This document shows positions 25,558 to 37,760 of a stretch of DNA of 64,000 nucleotides, piece by piece. Origin of the DNA: Lama glama (Eukaryota). Under the pieces are notes generated by a model. It was not told the origin of the DNA and searched no databases. It was given only the letters and a program-made list of their open reading frames with translations. The position numbers and the translations under genes are program-made. How positions within the stretch are numbered: position 1 is the stretch's first letter; every line of letters begins with the position of its first letter. The stretch covers positions 10,232,001-10,296,000 of the forward strand of contig CM052816.1 in assembly GCA_028534125.1 (NCBI GenBank). Direction: 5' to 3'.

Positions 25558-28500
25558 CTCTCATACAGAGAGAATTAAATGTTTCTTCAGGTGCCCATAT
25601 GTATTATTTACTCTGTTATTTCACCCCCTGCCCTGCTCCCCAGTTAGACAGAATTCTGCTTATCTCATCAGCCACAGATCTAAGCTTTGCTATTGAATCA
25701 CTGGTTTTCCCACAACTGTTCTCCCTTGACAACAAGAGTTCAACTCTCATCTTAAGCACACTGCAGACTCACTTAAAAACTCTCCCTTTCCGTGGTGGAA
25801 ATTTGTCTCCCAATTCTAAATCTTTCTCCAAACCCTCCTTACACTCCACATTGAGATTTACTGCTCCAGCCTTCTCTTCACCTCCCAAACCACTCAGCAA
25901 GGGATGGGAAATCCATATAGTGGGAGCTGGAGGAGTTATCCTTGTCAGGAGAATTTCAGTGCTTTCCTGCAAAAGCATTGAAGTCTTCGGTAGTAGAACA
26001 GAAGTGCTAAAAAGGCTTTCAGACAGCAATATGAAGACAGGAAAAATTTCGGTAAAGGGCACATGCAGAAGTGACGGTGACATCTGAAATCATTCCTAGG
26101 AACTCATGGCTATCGGTAAGGTTAATATTGCAAAGCAGGTAGGGCACAATGCACACTTATTTTCCTAATCAAAAAGTTTCTCCCCTTTTATTCAGGGTCC
26201 CCCACATTCAAGCCCTGTCCAATCTTCCTGGACTTACCCATTACTAGCCTGCAGGCCCTGTGCTCTCCAGCCAAGCAGGACTGCTCACTGCTCTCCCCCG
26301 TTTCTCAGTCTGCCAGGAATGACCTCACCCATCGTCAAAATCCCACTCACTCTTTGTGACTTGCGGTTTGCTTTTCAGAAGGATTTTGCTGATCTGTCAT
26401 TCTCTTTTCCTCTTATGACACTTACTACAATCTAAGCAGCATTATATTTGAATACTTGTCTTATCTCCTGTACTATAAACTCCCACAACACCTTGAATAT
26501 TCCCTGGCACAAAATAAGTACTCAATAAATATGTAATGAATTGAATTAATTAAAGAGACTGTTTCTCTTTTGTCACTCCAGAGGGTTCTCCTCGTCCCTT
26601 AGCTGAGGGAGAGTGGACTCGACTCAGATATTGTCTCCCCTGCATATTTTAGGACAACAAACAGAACAGATCTTTGGATTAAAAAAAAAAAAGAATGAAT
26701 AGGCTAATTCAAGAATTCACAGTGTTTTACAAGAACAGATTTCAAAGTGGTTTCTTAGATATTATCCAATGTCTTCAAAGGTAAAAAAACAACAAGCAAG
26801 CTTAATTTCTGTACCAACAGGCATACTAGAATTTGGGAAAGAGTACACAAAGGTCTACAGAAATAGTTATATTTCTAATAAAATTGAATCTGCCTTCCCC
26901 ATGGGGAGTTTTCATTTATGCCTTGTCCTGAATTAAAGACTTCTCAGGATCCAGATGTAAAAATCACTGGTAAAAATCCAAATGGTGAAATTAATCATCA
27001 TTTATATGATTTAAGCTTGTATTTTAATTACTGATTATTGAATTTTTCAGAAGTAATTATGTGCTTGCCTGCCAATGTCAAAAATTATATCTGTAACAGA
27101 ATAATCCAGCTAACAGTATTGCATCCTCACTGTATTTTGTTTCAAGAGTAATTCCCAAGGTCTACATCCCCTGGACTTACCACAATACTGTAGATGTTTT
27201 ATAAATCCTATCCAAATCTTGAGTCACTCAAGTTTTTTAATTCAATAATGAATTTTAAGTGAAAATTAAGCCATAAAATAATTATATTAAAGATAAAACA
27301 CTTCATTAGGTAATTAATCTACTACTATAATTTTTGTGTGGTATTTGACCTCCAACTTTCTTTTGAAAACCTTCTAATTTATGTACTCAAAAAATATATG
27401 TTTTTAAGAATTTAGGTTAGCCCATCTTGATATACTCCAGTTATTCCTAGAAAATCAGTCAATCTTATTGCAAAAGACTGAAATATATATTTTTGTAGGT
27501 GTAAATTTTATAGCCAAAAAGTTCTTTCTGATACAACTAATGATTTTGTACTATATTATTTGAGTGTAAAGTCATATTGAATAGTTTTTGAAAAGAAATA
27601 AACACTTTAGCAAGTTAACATTGTATTTTAAATGTTATAATTCCTAGTAACTAGCCCACATTAAGAAGTATTTAAAAAGTTGTTAGACATCATATAGTCA
27701 TAACTAAGTAAATTTTAATAGGAACTCTGCTTTAAAATAACAGTCTTTAAAAACTTCTGTATCATTATTTTTAGCATATTTTTATATAAAAAGTTTCACA
27801 TACACATCTGACTATATCTTTGGTCTGAGATAGCTTTGGAAACCAATGTCTGAGAGGTTTTAGGATTAGAATAGGAAGTAATCTGACTTAGTTTCCCAAA
27901 ATATATTTGCACTTCAGTTATGACTCAGAGTGATTAGTAATTATTAGCTAGATTTTACATACAGTTCCATCTATAATTAAAAAACAAAAATTAGATATCC
28001 TTAGCTCAACACTTGTTTATTTGTTTATCGATTGAATTGCAGAAACTGGCACCAGGCATTGAAGAAAAGAAAACAACAACATTTGTAGAGAACAGTTACA
28101 GCTTTGTATGTCACACCTCCTTTTTTTTTTTTTTTTAACACCACAGCCTTTTATTCCCATTTTGTTGATGAGGGAACAGAAATAGAGCATTTATGCAATT
28201 CCCCCAAATTCTCTGAGCCCATGGTGGACCCGTGATTGTGGTCTGGTTTTGTTGACTACAAATCCCAAGCCTTTGTCAAACATATCACACCCAACGTGAA
28301 TACTCTGTTATTTCTTCATCAGAAATGGAAATTGGAGCTACACAATTAAATTAATTATCTCTCTACAATGTTTTCCTTCATGTTTCCAATATAAATCACT
28401 CTAAGAACTTGAAGCATTGAAGGGATCCTGTTTCCTATCCATTCATCTTAATTATGAAAGATCTGGAAGAATAAGGCGTTCCAGGGAGCTGCCTAAACAA

Positions 28501-29220
28501 GGAGATATTTATTAACTGAAAAATGAAATCAGACAACAGCCGTGGGATAAGAAGGCATCTCTGATGCATTTGTGTTTTCTGAGTCTATATGTAGCTGTAA
28601 AATTCTCAATGAAAGAACTATTCACTGTGTTTCCAATTTTTCTCTCCTGTATCTCTGAGTGTATCTGTCATTCATACTCTTGCCTGTCAGCTATTTATGT
28701 TGGAGCCAGGATGTTCCCTAGTCTTGTGGAGCCAGCAAATTTCTGTCTGGACTGAAAGGAGCTTCTCTTTTTAGACTGTCATTTTATTTGACTATCTTTC
28801 TTTGTACATTACTTAGTTTAGGCTCAAGGGAAAGCTGAAATAAAGTCATCTTTTTATGTGGTAAACGTACATTTCATGTCTGGTGTCCTTGAGCCACTCA
28901 AGGTATGATAATATTTCCAATAAGAGCAAAATGGTTGTTTTTTGAGCCTGTTTCTAACAGAGTTAGTATTGATTGTTTCAGAAACCCAGCCATCTGAAGA
29001 CACCCACCTTCTGTTAGTTTGAGCTGAGTATTTTCTGCCCTCATACATGAATTCTGATCGCCTTTATTTTAGCAGAAGATACCCTAATGTTATTCTACAA
29101 GCCTTGGTTTTCTAGGAGTGAGGGGCTTCTGTCTACTATCCCTGACCAATGGGTACTTTTGAAAGAAAGTAATTAAACTAAGACAGTATAAGACAGTAGT
29201 TTCTTTGATAAGAAAAAGAG

Positions 29221-29353
29221 TTTAAAAAAATTTATTTTTGGTTGGGGGAAGTAATGAGGTTTTTTGTTGTTTTTTAATGGCAGTACTGGGGATTGAACCT
29301 GGGACCTCATGCATGCTAAGCATGTGCTCTACCACAGAGCTATACCCTCCCCC
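29221..29353 (-). mobile_element. tRNA-Ala-derived SINE (camelid vic-1-like)
   Basis: Minus strand GGGGGAGGGTATAGCTCTGTGGTAGAGCACATGCTTAGCATGC...GGTTCAATCCCCAGTAC; no clear TSD. Confidence 0.88.
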
Positions 29354-31019
29354 ACATAAGCCTTAATTAAAGGATCAGGTTCCAACAGATAGCAGACCCT
29401 AGGAGAGTATGAGAGATTAGTAGAGGTCAGTGGTTCTTTTTCTGTTGGAGGAAGAGACACCTAGGGCACTGCGACTCCATTATGGTTTATTGCTTAAAAA
29501 ATGTAATTAAAATATGATGAAAAGTTAGCATTTATAAATTCTAGACAGTGAGTACATAGGCACTTGTTAAACTACCTTCTGCTTTTCTGTAGTTTTGAAA
29601 TATTCATTGAAAAGGAAGGGAGGGAGGGAGAGAGAAACAAAGGATTCATTCCTGTTACATTTTTCTCTGCACGGCAAAAGGTAAGGGAGGATTATTTTCA
29701 TTCTAAGTAATCAGAATAAGATTGTTACAACAATAATGTAAAACCAAAGAGATTCCTTTCATAAATGAGCAAAAAAACAGAAAGAATAACTGGGAAAACA
29801 ATAAAATAAGTACATTTTTTAAAACCTTGGAAACACATGATGAAGCATTGTGGCTGGTTTTACCCAGGCTGGACAGGTTCTAAGTTTTGTCTGTTTGTTT
29901 TTTTCTGTCTCATCCTTTAACTGGATTTTATGTCTGGCCCAGACTTCGAGATTTTCATTGAGAGGATTAAGTTGTACCTGTGGGCCCTCATCAAGAAAGC
30001 CAGAGCATTAGAACATTTGAAGTGAGCTCTGTTTCATCATCTTAGTCAGCAGCTACTTCCATATGTCTCCTTCACACTTAAGGCAGAAGAAAAGTCTGCG
30101 ATTGAAAATGACTTTCAAGTGTTTGAGAGCAGTAATTTTGAGAGCAGTAACATCACAGAGAGATGCTTTATGTCTAAAATGGGGAAGGGAACCCCAACAA
30201 CTCCCCACAAGTGAGGTGATTATGTCTTGTCTTATTAACTAATCCTTTGGTGGAAAGGATTTGCCTGGAGGACACTTTATAAAGCCCTCATTTCATGCCC
30301 TCATCATTTTCTCATCATTTTCTCACTTAGCTATCCAACTGCTGGGAAGCTTTGCATGAGGTGACAACTTGACTCTGATGAGGAACCTAATTTTCCTTTA
30401 TTTTTGGTTTTCATCTTAGATAATAGGTCTTCATAACAGAGTGCTAACCGCTTTGTTCGAAAATTCTCCATCAGCAATTGTCAACATGCTCAATATGTGC
30501 ATTTTCATCCAAAATAACATCCTGGACACACATTTAAAAATAACAAACTATAGTTATAAAAAGTTAACTCACTTATTATAGAGATTTTGAGATTTTGGAA
30601 AATAGAGAAATGTTTGAAAGAAGAAACTAAAAGGTACTTGATCCTGCAACTTATCCTTTATTAATATTTTTACATATATCCTTATAGTTTTCCCCTAAAC
30701 GTATAGATTCATGAAATATCAAGAATTTTTTTTTTTGGATACAGTTGGGATTACTAAAAATACTTTATAAGCTGGCTTTAACATGAATACTTTGGTCATC
30801 AAATATTGAGGTGAAACTGAATTGTGATCTGTCAGGAAAATTTTTAGAGTGTGATGGAGGTATATTGGAAATTGCAGTCATTTTTAGACATATATACAGA
30901 CATTATTACAGTGTCAATTTGTTCCTTAAAACCCTGCAAAGCTAAAGTTACAGGGCATGGTCAAGCTCATTATTACAAACTCTCTGTGATATAACTGATA
31001 TATCTAAATATACTCTGAG

Positions 31020-32260
31020 GAGTCTGTTTCTGTTTTGTAAATAAGTTCATTTGTCTTTTTTTATATTCCACATATAAGTAATATCATATGGTATTATTAT
31101 TTCTCTTTCTGGCTTACATCACTTAGAATGACAATCTCCAGGTCCACCTATGTTGCCACAAATGGCATTATTTTATTCTTTTTTATGGCTGAGTAGTATT
31201 CCGTTGTATAAATATACCACAGCTTTATCCAGCTATCTGTTGATGAACATTTAGGTTGTTCCATGTCTTGGCTATTGTAAATGGTGCTGCTATGAACATT
31301 GGGGTGCATGTGTCTTTTCAAATTAAAGTTTTCTCTGTATATATGCTCAGGAGTGGGATTGCTGGATCATATAGTAAATCTATTTTTAGTTTTTTGAGGA
31401 ATCTCCATGCTGTTTTCCATACTGGCTACACCAAACTACATTCCCACCAACAGTGTGGGAGGGTTCCCTTTTCTCTACACCCTCCCCGGCATTTATCATT
31501 TGCGGACTTTTGAATGATGGCCATTCTGACTGGCGTGAGATGATACCTCACTGTAGTTTGATTTGCATTTCTCTGATAATTAATGATATTGATCATTTTT
31601 TCATGTGCCTATTGGCCATTTGTATGTCTTTACGGGAGAACTGCTTCTTGTAGGTCTTCGGCCCATTTTTGGATTGGGTTTTTTTAGTTTGTTTGTTTGT
31701 TATTAAGTTGTATAAGCTGTTTATATACTCTGGAAATTAAGCCTTGTCAGTCTCATCTTTTGCAAATATTTTCTGTCATTCTGTAGGTTTTGTTTTGCTT
31801 ATGGTTTCCCTTATTGTGCAAAAGCTTATAAGTTTAATTAGGTCCCATTTGTTTGTTTTTGCTTTTATTTCCATTGCCTGGGTAAGCTGCCCTAGGAGAA
31901 CACTGCTAAGATTTATGTCAGATAATGTTTTGCCTGTGTTTTCTTCTAAGAGGTTTACAGTGTCTTGTCTAATGTTTAAGGCAACAAACTTATGGTTACC
32001 AGTGGGGGAAGGGGATGGGAAGGGATAAATTGGGAGTTCGAGATTTGCAGATACTAACTACTATATATAAAATAGATAAACAATGAGTTTATACTGTATA
32101 GCACAGGAAACTATATTCAGTCTCTTGTAGTAACCTATAATGAAAAAGAATATAAATACAAATATATGTATATATTTGTATGACTGAACTATTATGCTGT
32201 ACACCAGAAATTAACACAACATTGGAAACTGACCATATTTCAGTTAAAAATAAAATAAAA
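31020..32260 (+). mobile_element. 5'-truncated, 5'-inverted L1 (inverted part ~31020-31980; sense 3' end ~31983-32260)
   Basis: Antisense ORF2-end/3'UTR sequence joined to sense 3'UTR with A-rich tail; perfect TSD TAAATATACTCTGAG at 31005-31019 and 32261-32275. Confidence 0.92.
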
Positions 32261-33099
32261 TAAATATACTCTGAGAAAATGGTAGACTGATGGTTATTGA
32301 GCACCTACTGTGTGTCAGGCAGAGTGTTGAATATTTTGCAAAGATTGTCCCATTCATATACTGCATTTATTGGGTGAAAAATGAGATGTCTAACGTGTGT
32401 ACTTACAAAGTAGGGAAGAGATAATGTAAGCTCAAAATCCTGCACTTCAAAGAAGGAAAAGACAGAGGGTGGATTTTGATCAGAAATACTTAAATTCACC
32501 ATTGAGTCAAGATAAACTGCATAACTCCTCTATTTCCTCCTTGTTTTGAGCATGGAGGCACAGCCTTAGTGAGTATTCAAACTTTATCTTCTGTTGGGTA
32601 GATTTTTGCCTTATAAGAATGCAGTGCAATGTACTTTGCATAAGGGAGAGCCTGGGCGCTGCCATATTGGGGTTCCTCTGCGCATGCTTACTGCTGAGGA
32701 GTTTCTGCCTTCCTCTTTCTTATCAGTAGGTAATAGAAGACGCCTCTGGAGTACATTTCCCTAAAGTTATGATCGGATATGCACTGGGCTCACAACACAA
32801 GCCATCTCAATGCAAAGTGGCAAGTCATTTGCTACAGAGTTACAGGAAATGCAAATTTGACCTGGTGTGTGACAAGTTGAAAACTCTATTTTGTTGCTCA
32901 TGTTATAGAAACAGCACACGGTTTTGGATAACTTTTTCACTGGGAGGTGGCCTAAGGTGGCCATAGACATCATGCTGCTCTTATGTTTGTGACTGTCCTA
33001 AGATATCCTCTGCCTTAGTGGGGAGAGAGGTGAGAAAATCCGCATGTGTTGATGGAAGTAATGCCTTTGCTAGGAGGACACTAGTAGGAAATTTCCTTT

Positions 33100-33722
33100 T
33101 TAAATTAATTAAATTTTTAAAATTGAATTATTGTCATTTGACAATGTTGTGTTAATTTCTGGAGTACTGTATAGTGATTCATATATATATATATATTCCT
33201 TTTCATATTCTTTTCCATTATAAGCCATTACAAGGCATTGAATAGAGCTCCCTATGCTATACAGTAGGACCTTGTTGTTTATCTATTTTATACATAAAGT
33301 ATAAAGTTAGTATCTGAAAATAAAGTAGGACCTTGTTGTTTATCTATTTTATACATAAAGTATAAAGTTAGTATCTGAAAATCCCAAACTCCCAATTTAT
33401 CCCTTCACCCACCCCTTTCCTCACAGGTAACCTTAAATTTGTTTTCTATGTCTTATGAATAAATAACTTCATTTATGTCATTTTTTTAGATTATGTCATT
33501 TTTTAGATTCCACATATAAGTGATATCATATGGTATTTTTCTTTCTCTTTCTGGCTTACTTCACCTCGTATGACAATATCCAGGTCCATCCATGTTGCTG
33601 CAAATGGCATTATTTTCTTTATTATGGTATTCCATTGTGTGTGTGTGTGTATATATATACATACACACATATATAAAACAACTTCTTTATCCAATCATCT
33701 GTCTATGGACATCTAAGTTGCT
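33100..33722 (-). mobile_element. L1 3' end with internal tandem duplication
   Basis: Same 3'UTR family as 3805-4298; degenerate TSD GTAGGA.A.TTC.TTTT on both sides. Confidence 0.88.
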
Positions 33723-36298
33723 TGGTAGGATACTTCTTTATGTTTGTATTTACCTTAAAGTTAACCTCTGCCCGAGAACAGCTGGAGGCACTTAGAATAA
33801 TCTCCTTTGTTAACACCTTACTTTCGGTCTCCCCTTATGTTATCTCTTTGGAGCCTTAAAGCAGAAGTCTGTCGAGGGGCATTTTTTAAGATCAGTGGCT
33901 CTGAATTAGCTAGTAGAGGATTTAAATTCTAACTTGGAGTGCCAGCTGTGATACTTTGGGCAAGGAACTTAACTTGCCTAGGCCTCGTTTTCTCCACTGG
34001 TAAAATGAGACAAATAATCACACCCAGTTTATGGGGTTGTCATGAAGGCTAAGGCAGTGCAGATGGAATTTGCAGGACAAAGTCTTACTCAAGGAATGAA
34101 GTTCTTAGTAATCCTGTTAGGTGGGTCAGACAAATACGAAGGAGAAAGACATCCAGAAGTTAATAAGTAAGTTGCCTGGCCCAAGTAAACATGGTTGTAG
34201 AGCTGGAGTCAGATCAGCCATTCCCGTTTCAGTCTTTGTTGAAAGGCTGCTGTGCTTTCTTCATCAAACACATGGGTGTCTATGCAGCTGTTGACTCTTA
34301 AACATGATGTTTTGTTAACAAATATAATTACTAAGCATCTACAGTGTAACAGAGTGGTGATGCAATGTGGCTGTACCAGCCGGGCTCCTCTACACTTGCG
34401 CGCCCACATGCGGGAGCACATACAAGCCTGCATCTTTGGTCAGAATGTGCTCCTCTCAAAGGAACCCTTGGACTCTTTGCACGTATCTTGCTTCTAGTTA
34501 TGATTCTGTCATAAGTTGGGCGTTTACTCAGAGCCTCAGCTTCTTTGCTAGGAAAATAATGGTACCTGACTTGTAGTGTTTTTTTAAGATTAATCAAGAC
34601 ACTGTATGGAAGTCCTTAGCACTGAGCCTGGCACAGAATAAAATCCTAAGAAGTCTCAGGGAATATCTTTATTGTTGCCCTTGCTGATGGTGCCGGGGCC
34701 AGTGGTATTTACAGAAAGTCAAAGGGGGAAAGACTTGAAGTCTTTCCTGACCAGTCATTAAAAAGTGGGCTATCTTATTTTCTTCATAGCTCTTGTGACT
34801 ATCTGACTTGACCTATCTTATTTACTGTCCGTTCCCGTCCCACCTAGAATTATGTTCTGCAGAGGAGGGAACGTACGACAGTGATGGCCATATATAGCAA
34901 ATGTCCCCCTAACAGTCTATAAATGATTAATGAGTGGAGGAGAGGTTAAGAGCAATGGGAAAGAGGAGGGAAGAACCTAGAGGAGCAAACAGAGAGGGAA
35001 TGGCCTGTTTTACTGTCTTCTCACATGAATTTCTGGGTCCATCCCCAACCAGCATTGGTTTAAAAGGAGCAGCTGCCCAGAGGAAGTCAGCTTAAGAAAT
35101 CACGAGTAATTTTGATAGAGCACAGACAGTTTTGCAAGTGCCTTTCTCGTCACTGGGATTAAGTATAACTTGTGTCAATATTCTTGTCTTTGTCAGGTCA
35201 GCTTCCATCCCTCAAACCTCAAGGCTGTCACAGGCCTGTCACTGAGATCCCATTTTCCAATAGCAATTCCCCCCCAAACTGGAGTTCAGAGTTTCAGTTC
35301 ATCAACTTCGGTGCAGATGCCTTCAGAGAATGTGTCTGTGTGCACAGAGAAGCCAGCTCCGGGGCATTAAAGGAATTCATACATATGTGTGAAACAGTTA
35401 CACTAATGAGTGGCACACAGCAACCTCACTATAAATGTTTCCTGTTGTCACTGTTATTACTATGATTGTTATCCCTTCATTCAAAAAGGATTTCTGGACT
35501 AACTTATATGTCTCTAGATGTTCTAGACTCAAGATATTCAAGGGTAAACTCAGCAGACCAGGTACCTGCCTTCATGGAGCTTATGCAGTAGGGAATTCAG
35601 AAAATGTAGTTGAGTATGTCTGTTGGGCAGACCAGTGAATGACTGGGCTACCTCAATGGGTGATTGTAGACTATACTTTCTGTGGTGGGGACATGTCCCC
35701 ATCTGCCTTGGTTACCACTCCAGTATCTCCTGAAGAGCACAGTAGGCACCCAGTTCGTGTTGGATATCTAAATAAATGCATGAGTGAATTTCCGAGAGGG
35801 GTGGGTTTAAGGTGGGCATCACAGGTTCTGGGTTTAGGCTGTGTGTGCAAATGCGACACAGGCCCTGCACTTTGCGAACTCTGTTTACGAGGCAAAGTCC
35901 GGCTTCGAGTGTATGTGGCTGAATGTGGGGAAGAGGATGAGGTAGTGAGAGCATGCCTATGCATGTGGAAAACCTGTGTGTGTGTCAGGCAACAGGAAAG
36001 GCAAAGTCTTTGGTTGTACATTTTGGAGGTAAATCTGGACTTGTGTGTGTGGCCATGTGTAGGGTTCTGACCTCAGTATGTCAGGCATCAGCCAGGGGGT
36101 TGTTGTATGAGGACAGGGTATTAAAGAGTACTTTGCAAGGCCTGTCTGTGATCTGCAATGTAATTGTGTATGAGGCAACTGTGTATACGTATGAAGGGTG
36201 GGTAAAAAGCAAAGTCTAGGGTGGTATACAGGAAGTAAGAGTGGGTTTAAGTGTGTGAGTCAATTATAGGCTTTTGCGATGGTCAGTGAAGTAAGAGG

Positions 36299-36300
<2 letters not shown>

Positions 36301-36334
<34 letters not shown>
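36301..36334. repeat. (GT)17 microsatellite
   Basis: Perfect dinucleotide run. Confidence 0.97.
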
Positions 36335-36337
<3 letters not shown>

Positions 36338-36486
36338 CCAATAATCCAGGAGTTCATTATGTGAGGGTGCAGGTTTGCGAGGCAGATTCTAGAACGGGGA
36401 GCAACTGTGAGACAATTCTAAGATTAAGATGAGACAAGTCTGGGATTATGGGTAAACAAAGTCTAGGACTGTGAGTCTGGTAAATC

Positions 36487-36513
36487 TGAGTGAGTGAGTG
36501 AGTGAGTGAGTGA

Positions 36514-36546
<33 letters not shown>
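36487..36546. repeat. Compound microsatellite (TGAG)8(TG)14
   Basis: Read directly from sequence. Confidence 0.95.
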
Positions 36547-36548
<2 letters not shown>

Positions 36549-36745
36549 GTTATAAATCAGGACGGACTTGGCTTTGAAATCAACCCACCTGAGCGAACAA
36601 GGTTTCCATGCCTGAGCAGGGCAGAGAGATTTGTGTTCGTGAGGCCAACTCGGGAGTTGGTGTGGGGAAAGCAGGCTTTGTGCGCACGTGTGAGTGAGGC
36701 AAGTTCTCTGAGTGTGAATTGGGGGTTGTTGGGCAAGCGGGAAGA

Positions 36746-36780
<35 letters not shown>

Positions 36781-36788
36781 CGCGCGCG
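36746..36788. repeat. Compound (GT)13(GC)8 alternating purine-pyrimidine tract
   Basis: 43 bp uninterrupted alternation at the 5' edge of the CpG island. Confidence 0.95.
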
Positions 36789-37760
36789 GCGGCGCCAAGT
36801 TGGATTTCTCCTTTGATGGGCAACAGGGATGCGTGATCGCGGCAGGACACCTTAGGGTCCGGGCGCGCTGGGTGGTGCGGCCCGCGGGGCGGGCGGAACT
36901 CGCCGCCGCTCCGGCCCCTGCGCCGCGCTCGCTGGCTGGGGGCTCGCCGGGACTGGCAGGAACCGGAGCAGCACTGCCGCCTCTGGCGCGAAGGCTCAGG
37001 CGCCTCCTCCCGCCCCAGTCACTGTGGCTCGGCGCGCGCTGCCGGCAGCTGCCCTTTCCGCCTCTCGGGAAGAGGACCCGCGGGCCGCGGTCGCGATCCA
37101 AGCATGGCCTCGGGCCGCAGAGGCTGGGACAGCTCCCACGAAGATGATCTGCCCGTGTACCTGGCCCGGCCGGGCACCACCGACCAGGTCCCGCGGCAGA
37201 AGTACGGCGGCATGTTCTGCAACGTGGAGGGCGCTTTCGAGAGCAAGACGCTGGATTTCGATGCCCTGAGCGTGGGGCAGCGGGGCGCGAAGACTCCCCG
37301 GAGCAGCCAGGGCAGCGGCCGCGGCTCGGGGGGCCGCCCCGGGGCGGAGGGGGACACCCCACGCCGGGGCCCAGGCCGGGAGGAGAGCCGGGAGCCCGCG
37401 CCCGCGTCGCCCGCGCCCGCCGGCGTGGAGATCCGGAGCGCCACCGGCAAGGAGGTTTTGCAGAACCTCGGGCCCAAGGACAAGGTAAGGGGGCTCGGGT
37501 ACCCTTCTCCGCCTGCCCTCGGTCCCTTCCCAGCCCGGGGCCCTGTGGCCCGGGCACAACTTTCTCCCGCTCACTTTGCACGGGGATGGAGGACTAGGGG
37601 GAGGAAAAGGGAACCCTCCGCTGAGTGCAGAGACCTCCCAGCCCAGAGCTGCATGCCTGCAGCATCTTCGTGCGTGCGGGACCAGGGTGCCTGGGTCCCC
37701 CCGCCTCCCTGCCGCACCCCCGGGCCATCGATTCTGAGTGGGTGTGTCAAAGCCGCTAGC
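36770..37760. promoter_or_regulatory. CpG island / TATA-less promoter and 5'UTR of DPYSL3 long isoform
   Basis: Sharp rise in GC and CpG against an AT-rich, CpG-poor background. GC boxes (GGGGCGGGCGG ~36886-36896). Spans exon 1. Exact TSS cannot be determined from sequence. Confidence 0.9.
37104..37484 (+). CDS. DPYSL3: First coding exon of the long isoform of dihydropyrimidinase-like 3 (CRMP4b / L-CRMP4); encodes the 127-aa isoform-specific N-terminus; partial CDS, continues beyond the window
   Basis: Translation MASGRRGWDSSHEDDLPVYLARPGTTDQVPRQKYGGMFCNVEGAFESKTLDFDALSVGQRG...EIRSATGKEVLQNLGPKDK is recognisably the DPYSL3 long N-terminus. Strong Kozak context (AGCATGG). Ends at consensus donor AAG|GTAAGG after 381 nt (phase 0). 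Lies in a CpG island. Confidence 0.96.

Noticed and set aside
25521..26087. 188 aa ORF
   Set aside because: Non-ATG start inside an MLT1 LTR end, no recognisable homology, no exon context.
380..36220. Numerous 60-140 aa ORFs in the ORF track
   Set aside because: Chance or repeat-derived; no recognisable protein similarity or exon chain, and no exons of a neighbouring gene were identified.
36816..36836. 6-codon ATG ORF (MGNRDA) as a possible uORF
   Set aside because: Lies upstream of the GC boxes and probably of the TSS; cannot be placed in the mRNA from sequence alone.
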